A DNA stretch of 32,000 nt from the NCBI RefSeq assembly GCF_000020385.1, contig NC_010814.1, positions 3,330,001 to 3,362,000 of the forward strand. Direction: 5' to 3'. The position numbers and the translations under genes were made by a program. Below the pieces are notes generated by a model. The model did no database searches, had not been told where the DNA came from, and saw only the letters and a list, made by a program, of their open reading frames with translations. Positions 9,035 to 15,665 of the stretch are shown one piece after another (within the stretch, counting starts at the first letter, position 1; every line of letters starts with the position of its first letter). The DNA is from Trichlorobacter lovleyi SZ. GTDB taxonomy: Bacteria > Desulfobacterota > Desulfuromonadia > Geobacterales > Pseudopelobacteraceae.

Positions 9035-9273
9035 TAGCGGCCCCCTTTCAAGCGTTTGAACAGACTTGATCGTGTGGCCAAAAGATTACGGGCATTGCAG
9101 GCAAGGCCAGATTCAAACTCAATAACAACCTGAAGAACTTCCGGGGTACGCTTGAAGCAGAATACAGCAGGACCGCCACTGCCGAATTCAATCAGGCAGT
9201 TTTGTTTAGTAACGGTCTCAATAGCTGCAGCCACGTCAAGATTCTGGGTTGAAAATATCGTAGATCTGTTCAT
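9034..9273 (-). CDS. Small hypothetical protein resembling the DUF5659 family
   Basis: Pattern F-T-x-L-xx-AA ... VFCF ... F-xx-G-xx-NAR-xL recalls DUF5659 phage/island proteins (from memory, not searched). Its stop overlaps the primase start (TAATG). Confidence 0.55.
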   Translation of the reverse strand: MNRSTIFSTQNLDVAAAIETVTKQNCLIEFGSGGPAVFCFKRTPEVLQVVIEFESGLACNARNLLATRSSLFKRLKGGR

Positions 9274-9275
9274 GG

Positions 9276-9452
9276 CTAACCCCCTAAACTTTCAAGGTGC
9301 GCCTGAATTGCGGACATCTTCCAGACCGTTGTTTTCTCTGAGAGCTTGAACGGTTTTGGGAATTTGCCTTTGGCCACATCATCCCAGATTTTTGATCTCG
9401 ACACCGATAGAATCTGGGCTAACTCCTTCACTCGTACCAATCTGTCTTCCAT
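9276..9452 (-). CDS. alpA: AlpA-family (MerR/excisionase-like HTH) transcriptional regulator, 58 aa
   Basis: MEDRLVRVKELAQILSVSRSKIWDDVAKGKFPKPFKLSEKTTVWKMSAIQAHL is the typical AlpA/Xis HTH. AGGAAG SD precedes the ATG at 9452. The longer tracked start (9539) would run through a terminator hairpin. Confidence 0.8.
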   Translation of the reverse strand: MEDRLVRVKELAQILSVSRSKIWDDVAKGKFPKPFKLSEKTTVWKMSAIQAHLESLGG

Positions 9453-9476
9453 TTTTTCTTCCTTCTGCGACCAGAT

Positions 9477-9521
9477 AAAAAAATGCCGGTCGCCAGCAAT
9501 AAATTGCCAACGAATCCGGCA
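9477..9521 (-). terminator. Strong intrinsic terminator/attenuator 24 nt upstream of the alpA start codon
   Basis: Minus-strand RNA AUGCCGG-AU-UCGUUGGCAA-UUUA-UUGCUGGCGA-CCGGCAU followed by U7. About 17 bp of stem (7 outer plus 10 inner including G-U pairs). Confidence 0.65.
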
Positions 9522-9620
9522 TCCTGAATCCAGTCCCAAAGGGAGTAAAAACAGTAAGCTCGGTGAAGGGGCTATAGAGGCGGTCGACTGCGTTTAGTCC
9601 CTGAGTTTTACTTTATACAG

Positions 9621-9986
9621 CTACTTCTTTCTGCTAAATGGCCTCAACAAGGGTTTACCTGAAAACTCGCCGTTACTCAGACGGAACGCTGCAACACCAG
9701 TAAATTTTTCCGGCAACAACTCTCTGAGTGGTTTCACAAAAGCCTCATCATAACTAGCACCAAGCATTAACCTGACAGAATCTTTTTCCTTGAACCGATC
9801 ACGATCATCACCGGGGGCGCGAAAGCCGCCATTCGTCCAACGGGTTTCCACTTCACCCGAATAGCACGGGTCACCAATAATCGCCTGCAAGGCAAAATCA
9901 ATGGCATGATCAAAACGTACCATAGTCACAACACCAGCAGCATTACGGCAAACTGCTTTCCTTGTACTACTGACCATGTTTTGCAT
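9621..9986 (-). CDS. Hypothetical protein, 121 aa, first gene of the island minus-strand module
   Basis: AAGGAGA SD lies 6 nt upstream of the ATG at 9986. No family recognised. Confidence 0.55.
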   Translation of the reverse strand: MQNMVSSTRKAVCRNAAGVVTMVRFDHAIDFALQAIIGDPCYSGEVETRWTNGGFRAPGDDRDRFKEKDSVRLMLGASYDEAFVKPLRELLPEKFTGVAAFRLSNGEFSGKPLLRPFSRKK

Positions 9987-10150
9987 AGGATCTCCTTGGG
10001 GGGATGGCGCTAGTGTTCTCTGGGCAAAATAAGTACCAGTTCCTCACTACCAGGTCAACAAAAAAGTTTAGTTATTTCAGATAGTAAGCCACGCTACACA
10101 TCTTACAAATCTTGATAAGAATCATCGATCACAAACAATAATTGGGGAGG

Positions 10151-10193
10151 CAGGAAGATACAAGCAATCTGCTGGCAAATGGTAACGACCCGG
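10151..10193 (+). pseudogene. Short remnant homologous to the island integrase (codons ~72-88)
   Basis: caggaagatacaagcaatctgctggcaaatggtaacgacccgg aligns to int 761-804 with about 37 of 44 identical and a 1-nt gap, including a perfect 15-mer. No surrounding ORF. Confidence 0.45.
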
Positions 10194-10220
10194 TGTACGT
10201 TTTGAGGTAAGCAAATGTTT

Positions 10221-10244
10221 TTGGTGGTATATTTGGTGGTATAT
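10221..10244 (+). repeat. Perfect tandem 12-mer TTGGTGGTATAT x2 near attR (candidate arm-type site)
   Basis: 10221-10232 equals 10233-10244. Shares the GGTAT core with the motifs at 437-526. Confidence 0.45.
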
Positions 10245-10296
10245 GCGCTTTTACAACTCATATTATTCAAGTAATAACAGCATTTTAAACATGTTT

Positions 10297-10341
10297 TTCG
10301 AATCCCTGCCTCGCCATAGAGTAATCCGGCATAGTCCGGCG
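10297..10341 (+). repeat. attR: degenerate copy of the tRNA-Ser 3' end plus downstream sequence
   Basis: ttcgaatccctgcctcgccatagagtaatccggcatagtccggcg. The acceptor 3' strand is broken by a 3-nt deletion. Confidence 0.75.
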
Positions 10342-10350
10342 AAACACAAA

Positions 10351-10373
10351 AGCCACGAGCAATCGTGGCTTTT
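10351..10373 (+). terminator. Terminator hairpin, probably the original tRNA-Ser terminator displaced by the island
   Basis: Stem agccacg/cgtggct, loop agcaat, then TTTT. Confidence 0.6.
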
Positions 10374-10482
10374 GATCTTTGGAGAACCTGACAGCCCCAC
10401 AACCCCCTACAGGCATCACGCGTTGTATAAGGGGGATTTTCCTACTGCGCTGGCGCCACCCAGCGCAGCAGGGCCATAGGAG

Positions 10483-10845
10483 TCAGTAATCTTCACATTG
10501 GTTGTCAACCACACTGCATTCATCACTCCCGCAGTTGCGAAGCGACATTATCCGTGCATTTCTCCCCCTGATACCCCAACCGATTCCATATGACTTGTTC
10601 GAGGCGGAAACAGCACCACACCGCTCAAAAGTCTGCAGCACCTGGCACTTGGTCCCCCCCTTGGAGATACATTTTGAGAGCGCGGCCTTAGCTGCTTCAT
10701 TATCAGAAGAGGCCCCAACCACTATGGCAAATATCAGCGCCCCCCCTCCCCGGCTGTCATCAACAGCAATCGCACCCCGGGCACACGAGATGGATGGAGA
10801 CAAGACAAACAGAACCAGGAACAGAATCAGGCATCTTTTGGGCAT
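10483..10845 (-). CDS. Secreted DUF4189-like protein
   Basis: Signal peptide MPKRCLILFLVLFVLSPSISCA. Two repeats of the G.G....s...A...AL..C......C pattern typical of DUF4189. AGGAGG SD. Confidence 0.7.
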   Translation of the reverse strand: MPKRCLILFLVLFVLSPSISCARGAIAVDDSRGGGALIFAIVVGASSDNEAAKAALSKCISKGGTKCQVLQTFERCGAVSASNKSYGIGWGIRGRNARIMSLRNCGSDECSVVDNQCEDY

Positions 10846-11142
10846 TTACCCCCCCTCCTTTAGCTGCTGCTCATGATAAGACTACCATTGACGAGTGGAG
10901 TGTCAACCTGCAGATCGTTCTCACACCCAGTGGCGGCGTAGCCAGCCTTCTAACGACGTTACGGAGCGACAATGTCACTGACAACTGCATAAGATGGGAT
11001 TAGACCGCCTGAGCAGCTGCCTCTGACATCACGGACGCTGTTTATCTGCTAGGTTAGGGGCTGGATACCATTTTACCGCAACGAGCAGCCTCCCGCAGGG
11101 CTGTAAATCATGTCACTGGCGCATGTGTAGATTGTCATACAG

Positions 11143-11175
11143 AAAAAGGGTTACGCTTGTCAGCGTAACCCTTTT
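11143..11175. terminator. Bidirectional hairpin terminator (ends the tRNA-Phe/rSAM transcript)
   Basis: 9-bp stem gggttacgc/gcgtaaccc, flanked by A5 and T4. Confidence 0.7.
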
Positions 11176-11183
11176 GATTTTGA

Positions 11184-11259
11184 TGGTGCCCAGAGCCGGA
11201 GTCGAACCAGCGACACGTGGATTTTCAGTCCACTGCTCTACCTACTGAGCTATCTGGGC
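11184..11259 (-). tRNA. tRNA-Phe (anticodon GAA)
   Basis: Reverse complement gcccagatagctcagtaggtagagcagtggactGAAaatccac...ggttcgactccggctctgggcacca. 76 nt with encoded CCA. Confidence 0.9.
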
Positions 11260-11307
11260 GAAGAGCTTTTGTTTATAGCCGTAGTCGCGACGCCTGTCAA
11301 CATGAAT

Positions 11308-12372
11308 TTATTTCTGCAATCGAATTGGCACGTAGTTGCAGAATGGCTCTTCAGCCATATAGTCACCATAGACCGCATCAGCCCTGGCCCGGCAGCCTCC
11401 GCAGACATTAATAAACTCGCATTCCCCACACTTCCCTTTATACGCCTTGAAATCACGTAGATCCTTAAATATCTCCGAATTCTCCCAGATCTCCCGGAAG
11501 GGGGTTGTCTTAACATTTCCAGCCACCCGGTGAAAGTACGAGCAGGGTTTGACATTACCAAAACAGTCAATCAGACAGATACTTTGTGCGGCAATACAGC
11601 CTTTCCCGCCACCCGTTGAGAAGGTGAGGCTTCTGCGCTCAAACTTGACCCCTTCCTGTTTTGCCCGTTGAGGCACAAAACGATAGTAGTGAGGTGCACA
11701 GGTGGGACGCATCAGTATATCATCCTCCAGCTTCTCCTGCTGGTAGTGCCACTCCAGTATCTCCTCGTAATCCTCTTTGCTGATCAGTTCGTTCATAATC
11801 TCTTCGCCGCGCCCGGTCGGCACGATCATGAACATATACCATGCTGTTGCCCCAAGGGACTTGGCAAGCTTGAAGGTTTCAGCGATGTCATGCTGATTAC
11901 GCTTAGTAAACGATGAATTGATCAAAAATTTTTGACCGTTACGCCGAAACGCGTCTGCTGCGCGAACAACCCCCTCAAACGCACCGACACACTGGCGAAA
12001 ATCATCATGTACAGCCGCAGTCGAACCATCCAGCGATAGCGACACCATCTTGATATCGGCCTGCTTCATCTTATGACAGACCTCATCAGTGACCAGCGCC
12101 CCGTTGGTTGCCATGCACATCCTCAGGCCGAGCGAGGTCCCATGTTCTGCCAGCTCAAAGATATCCGGACGCATCAACGGCTCGCCACCCGAAAGCACCA
12201 CCACCGGCTTAGAAAATGCCGCAATCTCTTCGAGCAACCGCTTGCCTTCGTCGGTTGTAAAGTCTCCTTCTGAGGAAGTTGACTCAGAGGAACAGCGACA
12301 ATGCACGCAACGCAGGTTACACTTTTGCGTTGTCTCCCAAGCAATCCATTTAGGTATATAGTCAGATGCCAT
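11308..12372 (-). CDS. Radical SAM protein with C-terminal SPASM-type Cys-rich domain (NirJ/AhbC/AhbD-like)
   Basis: CNLRCVHC (CxxxCxxC) near the N-terminus. C-terminal [19 protein letters not shown]...[24 protein letters not shown] precedes the ATG at 12372 (track extends to 12432). Confidence 0.75.
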   Translation of the reverse strand: MASDYIPKWIAWETTQKCNLRCVHCRCSSESTSSEGDFTTDEGKRLLEEIAAFSKPVVVLSGGEPLMRPDIFELAEHGTSLGLRMCMATNGALVTDEVCHKMKQADIKMVSLSLDGSTAAVHDDFRQCVGAFEGVVRAADAFRRNGQKFLINSSFTKRNQHDIAETFKLAKSLGATAWYMFMIVPTGRGEEIMNELISKEDYEEILEWHYQQEKLEDDILMRPTCAPHYYRFVPQRAKQEGVKFERRSLTFSTGGGKGCIAAQSICLIDCFGNVKPCSYFHRVAGNVKTTPFREIWENSEIFKDLRDFKAYKGKCGECEFINVCGGCRARADAVYGDYMAEEPFCNYVPIRLQK

Positions 12373-12482
12373 GCAGCCTCCAGTTTCTGTACTCAGTTTC
12401 GTCATCGTATTTGATATTAGCCCAAAACTCAAGAGCGTCCTGAAACAGCCTGCCTTAACAACAGATCCGCGGTTAAATGAGC

Positions 12483-12511
12483 TTGAATCAGAAGCACTGT
12501 TCTGCTATACA
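12483..12511 (+). promoter_or_regulatory. Candidate sigma70 promoter for mglBA
   Basis: TTGAAT, 17 nt, TATACA. Sequence match only. Confidence 0.35.
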
Positions 12512-12566
12512 AATTCGGTGGTTGTGTTACACAGCCGACTCGTTGCTGGCAGATAAGGAGATTCGC

Positions 12567-13055
12567 ATGTCCAACTCGCAGATGGTCATGTATGATGAAG
12601 AGTTTCAGGAAATCAATATTGTCATTGAGCGACTCCTCAAAGATTCAAACTCAAAGGTCATCTTCCTTGTCGACAAAAACGGCCAGTTGATTTCCGGAGT
12701 CGGCGAGACTGAGCGGTTTGACACGACGTCACTTGCATCACTAACGGCAGGCAACATTGCCGCAACTGGCGGCCTTGCAAAACTGATCGGCGAAAAAGAG
12801 TTCTCCATCCTCTTCCACGAAGGAGAAAAAGACAACCTACATATTTCCATTGTTGGTGGCCGCGTCATTCTGGTTGTGTTGTTTGATAATCGTTCTTCGC
12901 TCGGGCTGGTAAGGTTACGGGTCAAAAAGGCCTCTGAAGAACTGTCTGTAATCTTTGAAAAGCTGATGAAGAAGTCGGATGAGAAAGTCAAGTCAGGCAC
13001 TTCATTTCCTTTTGCTGAAATCACGGACGACGATATCGACAACCTGTTCAGCTAA
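12567..13055 (+). CDS. mglB: MglB, Roadblock/LC7-domain GTPase-activating protein
   Basis: Roadblock/LC7-like sequence (VIFLVDKNGQLISGVGE...SLASLTAGNIAATGGLAKL) directly upstream of mglA. AAGGAG SD precedes the ATG at 12567. Confidence 0.85.
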   Translation: MSNSQMVMYDEEFQEINIVIERLLKDSNSKVIFLVDKNGQLISGVGETERFDTTSLASLTAGNIAATGGLAKLIGEKEFSILFHEGEKDNLHISIVGGRVILVVLFDNRSSLGLVRLRVKKASEELSVIFEKLMKKSDEKVKSGTSFPFAEITDDDIDNLFS

Positions 13056-13079
13056 CCAGTTCCGCCGAGGTACGCTGCA

Positions 13080-13667
13080 ATGTCATTCATCAACTATGCT
13101 TCACGCGAGATAAACTGCAAAATTGTCTATTACGGACCAGGTCTTTGCGGTAAAACCACTAATTTACAGCATGTTTACGCTAAAACAGCCCCAGAGGCCA
13201 AGGGCAAGATGATCAGCCTGGCAACGGAGACAGAAAGAACCCTCTTCTTTGACTTCCTGCCTTTGGCACTTGGCGAGATCAGAGGCTTCAAAACCCGCTT
13301 TCACCTGTACACGGTACCAGGACAGGTCTTTTATGACGCTTCCCGCAAACTGATCCTTAAAGGAGTTGACGGTATTGTCTTTGTCGCAGACTCTCAGGAA
13401 GAACGAATGGATGCCAACATCGAGTCACTCGACAACCTTCGTCACAACCTGAAAGAACAGGGCTATGACCTCGACAAGCTGCCCTACGTAGTCCAGTACA
13501 ATAAGCGAGACCTTCCCAATGCTGTTTCTGTTGATGAGCTACGCAGGGAGCTAAACCCCACGAATGTACCTGATTTTGAGGCCTGTGCCTCAACCGGAGA
13601 AGGCGTTTTTGAAACCTTGAAAGCCGTAGCCAAATTAATTCTTGTTGATCTCAAAAAAGGTCGCTAA
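13080..13667 (+). CDS. mglA: MglA, Ras-like polarity/motility GTPase
   Basis: [30 protein letters not shown]...[23 protein letters not shown]...YNKRDLPNA. Near-identical in pattern to Myxococcus MglA. Confidence 0.95.
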   Translation: MSFINYASREINCKIVYYGPGLCGKTTNLQHVYAKTAPEAKGKMISLATETERTLFFDFLPLALGEIRGFKTRFHLYTVPGQVFYDASRKLILKGVDGIVFVADSQEERMDANIESLDNLRHNLKEQGYDLDKLPYVVQYNKRDLPNAVSVDELRRELNPTNVPDFEACASTGEGVFETLKAVAKLILVDLKKGR

Positions 13668-13702
13668 AAGTTAGCCCATAGCACCGCACAGCCAGAAAAA
13701 TC

Positions 13703-13731
13703 TTGCATTTGTTGTCCGAATCAAGTATAGC
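13703..13731 (+). promoter_or_regulatory. Candidate promoter of the tRNA cluster
   Basis: TTGCAT, 17 nt, TATAGC, about 20 nt upstream of tRNA-Ser(GCT). Confidence 0.4.
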
Positions 13732-13750
13732 TGTAAGTCCTTTTACACAG

Positions 13751-13843
13751 GGAGAGATGGCCGAGTAGGTCGAAGGCGCTCGCCTGCTAAGCGAGTATAC
13801 TGGGAAACCGGTATCGAGGGTTCGAATCCCTCTCTCTCCGCCA
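13751..13843 (+). tRNA. tRNA-Ser (anticodon GCT)
   Basis: Acceptor GGAGAGA/TCTCTCC, anticodon loop ctGCTaa, long variable arm, GGTTCGAATCC, encoded CCA. Confidence 0.9.
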
Positions 13844-13859
13844 CTTACACAGTTAATAT

Positions 13860-13936
13860 GCGCTTGTAGCTCAGCTGGATAGAGTACCAGACTACGAATC
13901 TGGGTGTCGGGAGTTCGAATCTCTCCAAGCGCGCCA
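13860..13936 (+). tRNA. tRNA-Arg (anticodon ACG)
   Basis: gcgcttgtagctcagctggatagagt...ctACGaa...gagttcgaatctctccaagcgcgcca. Confidence 0.9.
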
Positions 13937-13943
13937 TTTAAAA

Positions 13944-13967
13944 GGGCTAGATTTCATCTAGCCCTTT
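13944..13967 (+). terminator. Hairpin after tRNA-Arg (weak T tract)
   Basis: gggctagat/atctagccc 9-bp stem, 3-nt loop, then TTT. Confidence 0.45.
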
Positions 13968-14003
13968 CCTGTATCATACGAGCAATCTTTAACTACAGTA
14001 CCA

Positions 14004-14101
14004 GGAGGTACGTCGGGCGCTGGTGGCCCGCGCGGTCTTCAAAACCGTTGAGAGGGGTGAGAAACTCCTTTGGCAGGTTCGATTCCTGTGTACCTCCGCC
14101 A
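14004..14101 (+). tRNA. selC: tRNA-Sec (selenocysteine tRNA, anticodon TCA)
   Basis: 98 nt. 8-bp acceptor ggaggtac/gtacctcc plus 5-bp T stem (gcagg/cctgt), the bacterial 8/5 form. Anticodon loop cTTCAaa. 7-bp extra arm. GGCAGGTTCGATTCCTGTG resembles E. coli selC. Encoded GCCA end. Confidence 0.85.
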
Positions 14102-14148
14102 TACACAAAAAAGGCGCCTCCGGAAATGGAGGCGCCTTTTTTGTGTAT
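14101..14148. terminator. Perfect 21-bp-arm palindrome: bidirectional terminator shared by selC (+) and nuoN (-)
   Basis: atacacaaaaaaggcgcctcc-ggaaat-ggaggcgccttttttgtgtat. GC stem flanked by A6/T6. Confidence 0.8.
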
Positions 14149-14169
14149 ATAGTCAGTAACAGAAGAGCG

Positions 14170-15633
14170 CTAGATCAGCTTTACGGCCTGTTGAGCAAAC
14201 TGGAGGATCATGGAAGGAATGATTCCAGGGATCAATGAACCGGCTGCAGAGACAACCAGCGCAAGGGCCACAGGTGCCGTAACATTGAACCAGTCAAACT
14301 CTTCCTCGCCAGGCTTAAAGTACATGTACACAATCACACGCAGGTAATAGTACACAGACGCTGCGCTGTTCAGCACACCGATAATGGCCAGCCAGATATA
14401 ACCGGCCTGCACAGCACCGGAGAAGAGATAGAACTTACCGATGAAGCCTGCAGTAGGAGGCATACCGGCCAGCGAGAACATAAAAACAGTCATGGCAAGC
14501 GCAAGCAAGGGGCGCTTATGGCCAAGACCGGCATAATCCATAACAGTGCCGTTAGGCTCGCCCTTCTTACCTACCAGGACAATCACCGCAAATGCGCCGA
14601 TGTTCATAAAGGTGTAGGAGAGCATATAGAACAGGATACCTGAGGTACCTGTTGCCGTTCCGGAGGCAAAACCTACGAGACAATAGCCGGCATGGGCAAT
14701 TGAAGAGTACGCCAGCATCCGTTTGATATTGTCCTGACGAAGCGCGGTGAAGTTACCAACCGTCATGGTAAGTACAGCAAGAATCCAGAGCAGGTCACTC
14801 CAGTCGGCGATCATGGCAGGGAATGCAACCAGCAACAGACGCAACATGGCGGCAAAGCCAGCGGCCTTCGGGCCTGCAGACATGAAGGCGGTCATTGGGG
14901 TAGGAGCACCTTCGTAGACATCAGGAGTCCACATATGGAACGGAGCGGCAGCAATCTTGAACAGGAAGCCGGTAAGCATCAGGAACATGCCGATCAACAG
15001 CATGGTGTTGCTGGCGCCGCCTACCTGAGTGACAAGTGAGGCAATCTTGGCAACACGGGTCGTACCGGTGACACCATAAATGAGTGCCATACCGTAGAGC
15101 AGGAAACCGGTTGAAAAGGCGCCCAGCAGAAAATATTTCATGCCGGCTTCATTGGATTTGATACTATCACGATTAAAGCCTGCCAGCACATACAACGAGA
15201 TGGACATCAGTTCCAGACCGAGGAAGATGGTCATCAGATCTGTTGCAGCAGCCATCAACATCATACCAACAGTAGTAAACAGGATGATTGGATACAACTC
15301 ACCGTGGTTACACTCTTCACGGGACATGTATTGATCGCTGATCAGTACAGCAAGGCCTGCAGCCAACAGGAAGATAATCTTGAAGAAGATTGCAAAATTA
15401 TCCAGCACCACTGAATCGCTGAAACTTGAAACAGTCGTACCCCAGCCGGTTACTGCGGCAAAACCTGCACCGACGATACCGATCAGGCTCAGCCAGGCGA
15501 GATAGCCTTTGGACTTGGAGGGAACGAAGACGTTAACCAGAAGAAGCGCCATACCGAGCACTGAGAGTATCACCTCAGGCATGATGACATTCAGGTTAAT
15601 CGTCTGAAAGAGTTGAGCTACATTGATATCCAT
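14170..15633 (-). CDS. nuoN: NADH-quinone oxidoreductase subunit N
   Basis: 487-aa polytopic ND2/NuoN-like antiporter subunit. Last gene of the nuo operon. Confidence 0.9.
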   Translation of the reverse strand: MDINVAQLFQTINLNVIMPEVILSVLGMALLLVNVFVPSKSKGYLAWLSLIGIVGAGFAAVTGWGTTVSSFSDSVVLDNFAIFFKIIFLLAAGLAVLISDQYMSREECNHGELYPIILFTTVGMMLMAAATDLMTIFLGLELMSISLYVLAGFNRDSIKSNEAGMKYFLLGAFSTGFLLYGMALIYGVTGTTRVAKIASLVTQVGGASNTMLLIGMFLMLTGFLFKIAAAPFHMWTPDVYEGAPTPMTAFMSAGPKAAGFAAMLRLLLVAFPAMIADWSDLLWILAVLTMTVGNFTALRQDNIKRMLAYSSIAHAGYCLVGFASGTATGTSGILFYMLSYTFMNIGAFAVIVLVGKKGEPNGTVMDYAGLGHKRPLLALAMTVFMFSLAGMPPTAGFIGKFYLFSGAVQAGYIWLAIIGVLNSAASVYYYLRVIVYMYFKPGEEEFDWFNVTAPVALALVVSAAGSLIPGIIPSMILQFAQQAVKLI

Positions 15634-15665
15634 TTAACAATCCTCCAGGGCATTAACTCGTTCAA

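Larger units (their letters stand above)
327..10341. mobile_element. ~10 kb tRNA-Ser-associated integrative island (P4/satellite-like: integrase, AlpA, primase-helicase, cargo sensor kinase)
   Basis: Bounded by direct repeats 327-374 and 10297-10341. Integrase lies immediately next to the tRNA. Mobile-element genes and an IS lie inside, with housekeeping genes on both sides. Confidence 0.75.

Noticed and set aside
9453-9539. Longer 87-aa version of the AlpA ORF. Similar N-terminal extensions occur at 528, 5344, 12432, 12477 and 29495
   Set aside because: The extensions lack an SD, add non-homologous residues, and in the AlpA case run through a terminator hairpin. Internal starts have good SD motifs and give family-typical N-termini.
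9997-10007. 11-mer tggggggatgg shared with 1879-1889, considered as an island-specific repeat
   Set aside because: By a simple pair-count estimate, hundreds of 11-mer coincidences are expected in a 32-kb self-comparison on both strands. There is no flanking similarity.
10445-10468. 9-bp hairpin ctgcgctgg/ccagcgcag just past the DUF4189 stop, considered as its terminator
   Set aside because: No U tract follows it on the minus strand. It may still be a weak or Rho-assisted stop, but the evidence is insufficient to call a feature.
10846-11142. ~290-bp non-coding gap upstream of the DUF4189 gene, examined for a riboswitch (cobalamin B12 box, GEMM c-di-GMP/cGAMP motifs common in Geobacter)
   Set aside because: No ACGCAAAGC-type GEMM core or B12 box was found on either strand. 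A TTGACA at 10901-10906 (minus strand) suggests a short 5' UTR, leaving the rest as plain intergenic DNA.
13904-14238. Two tracked ORFs (82 aa and 71 aa) downstream of mglA
   Set aside because: They overlap tRNA-Arg, tRNA-Sec and the palindromic terminator. Neither has an SD or recognisable protein features.
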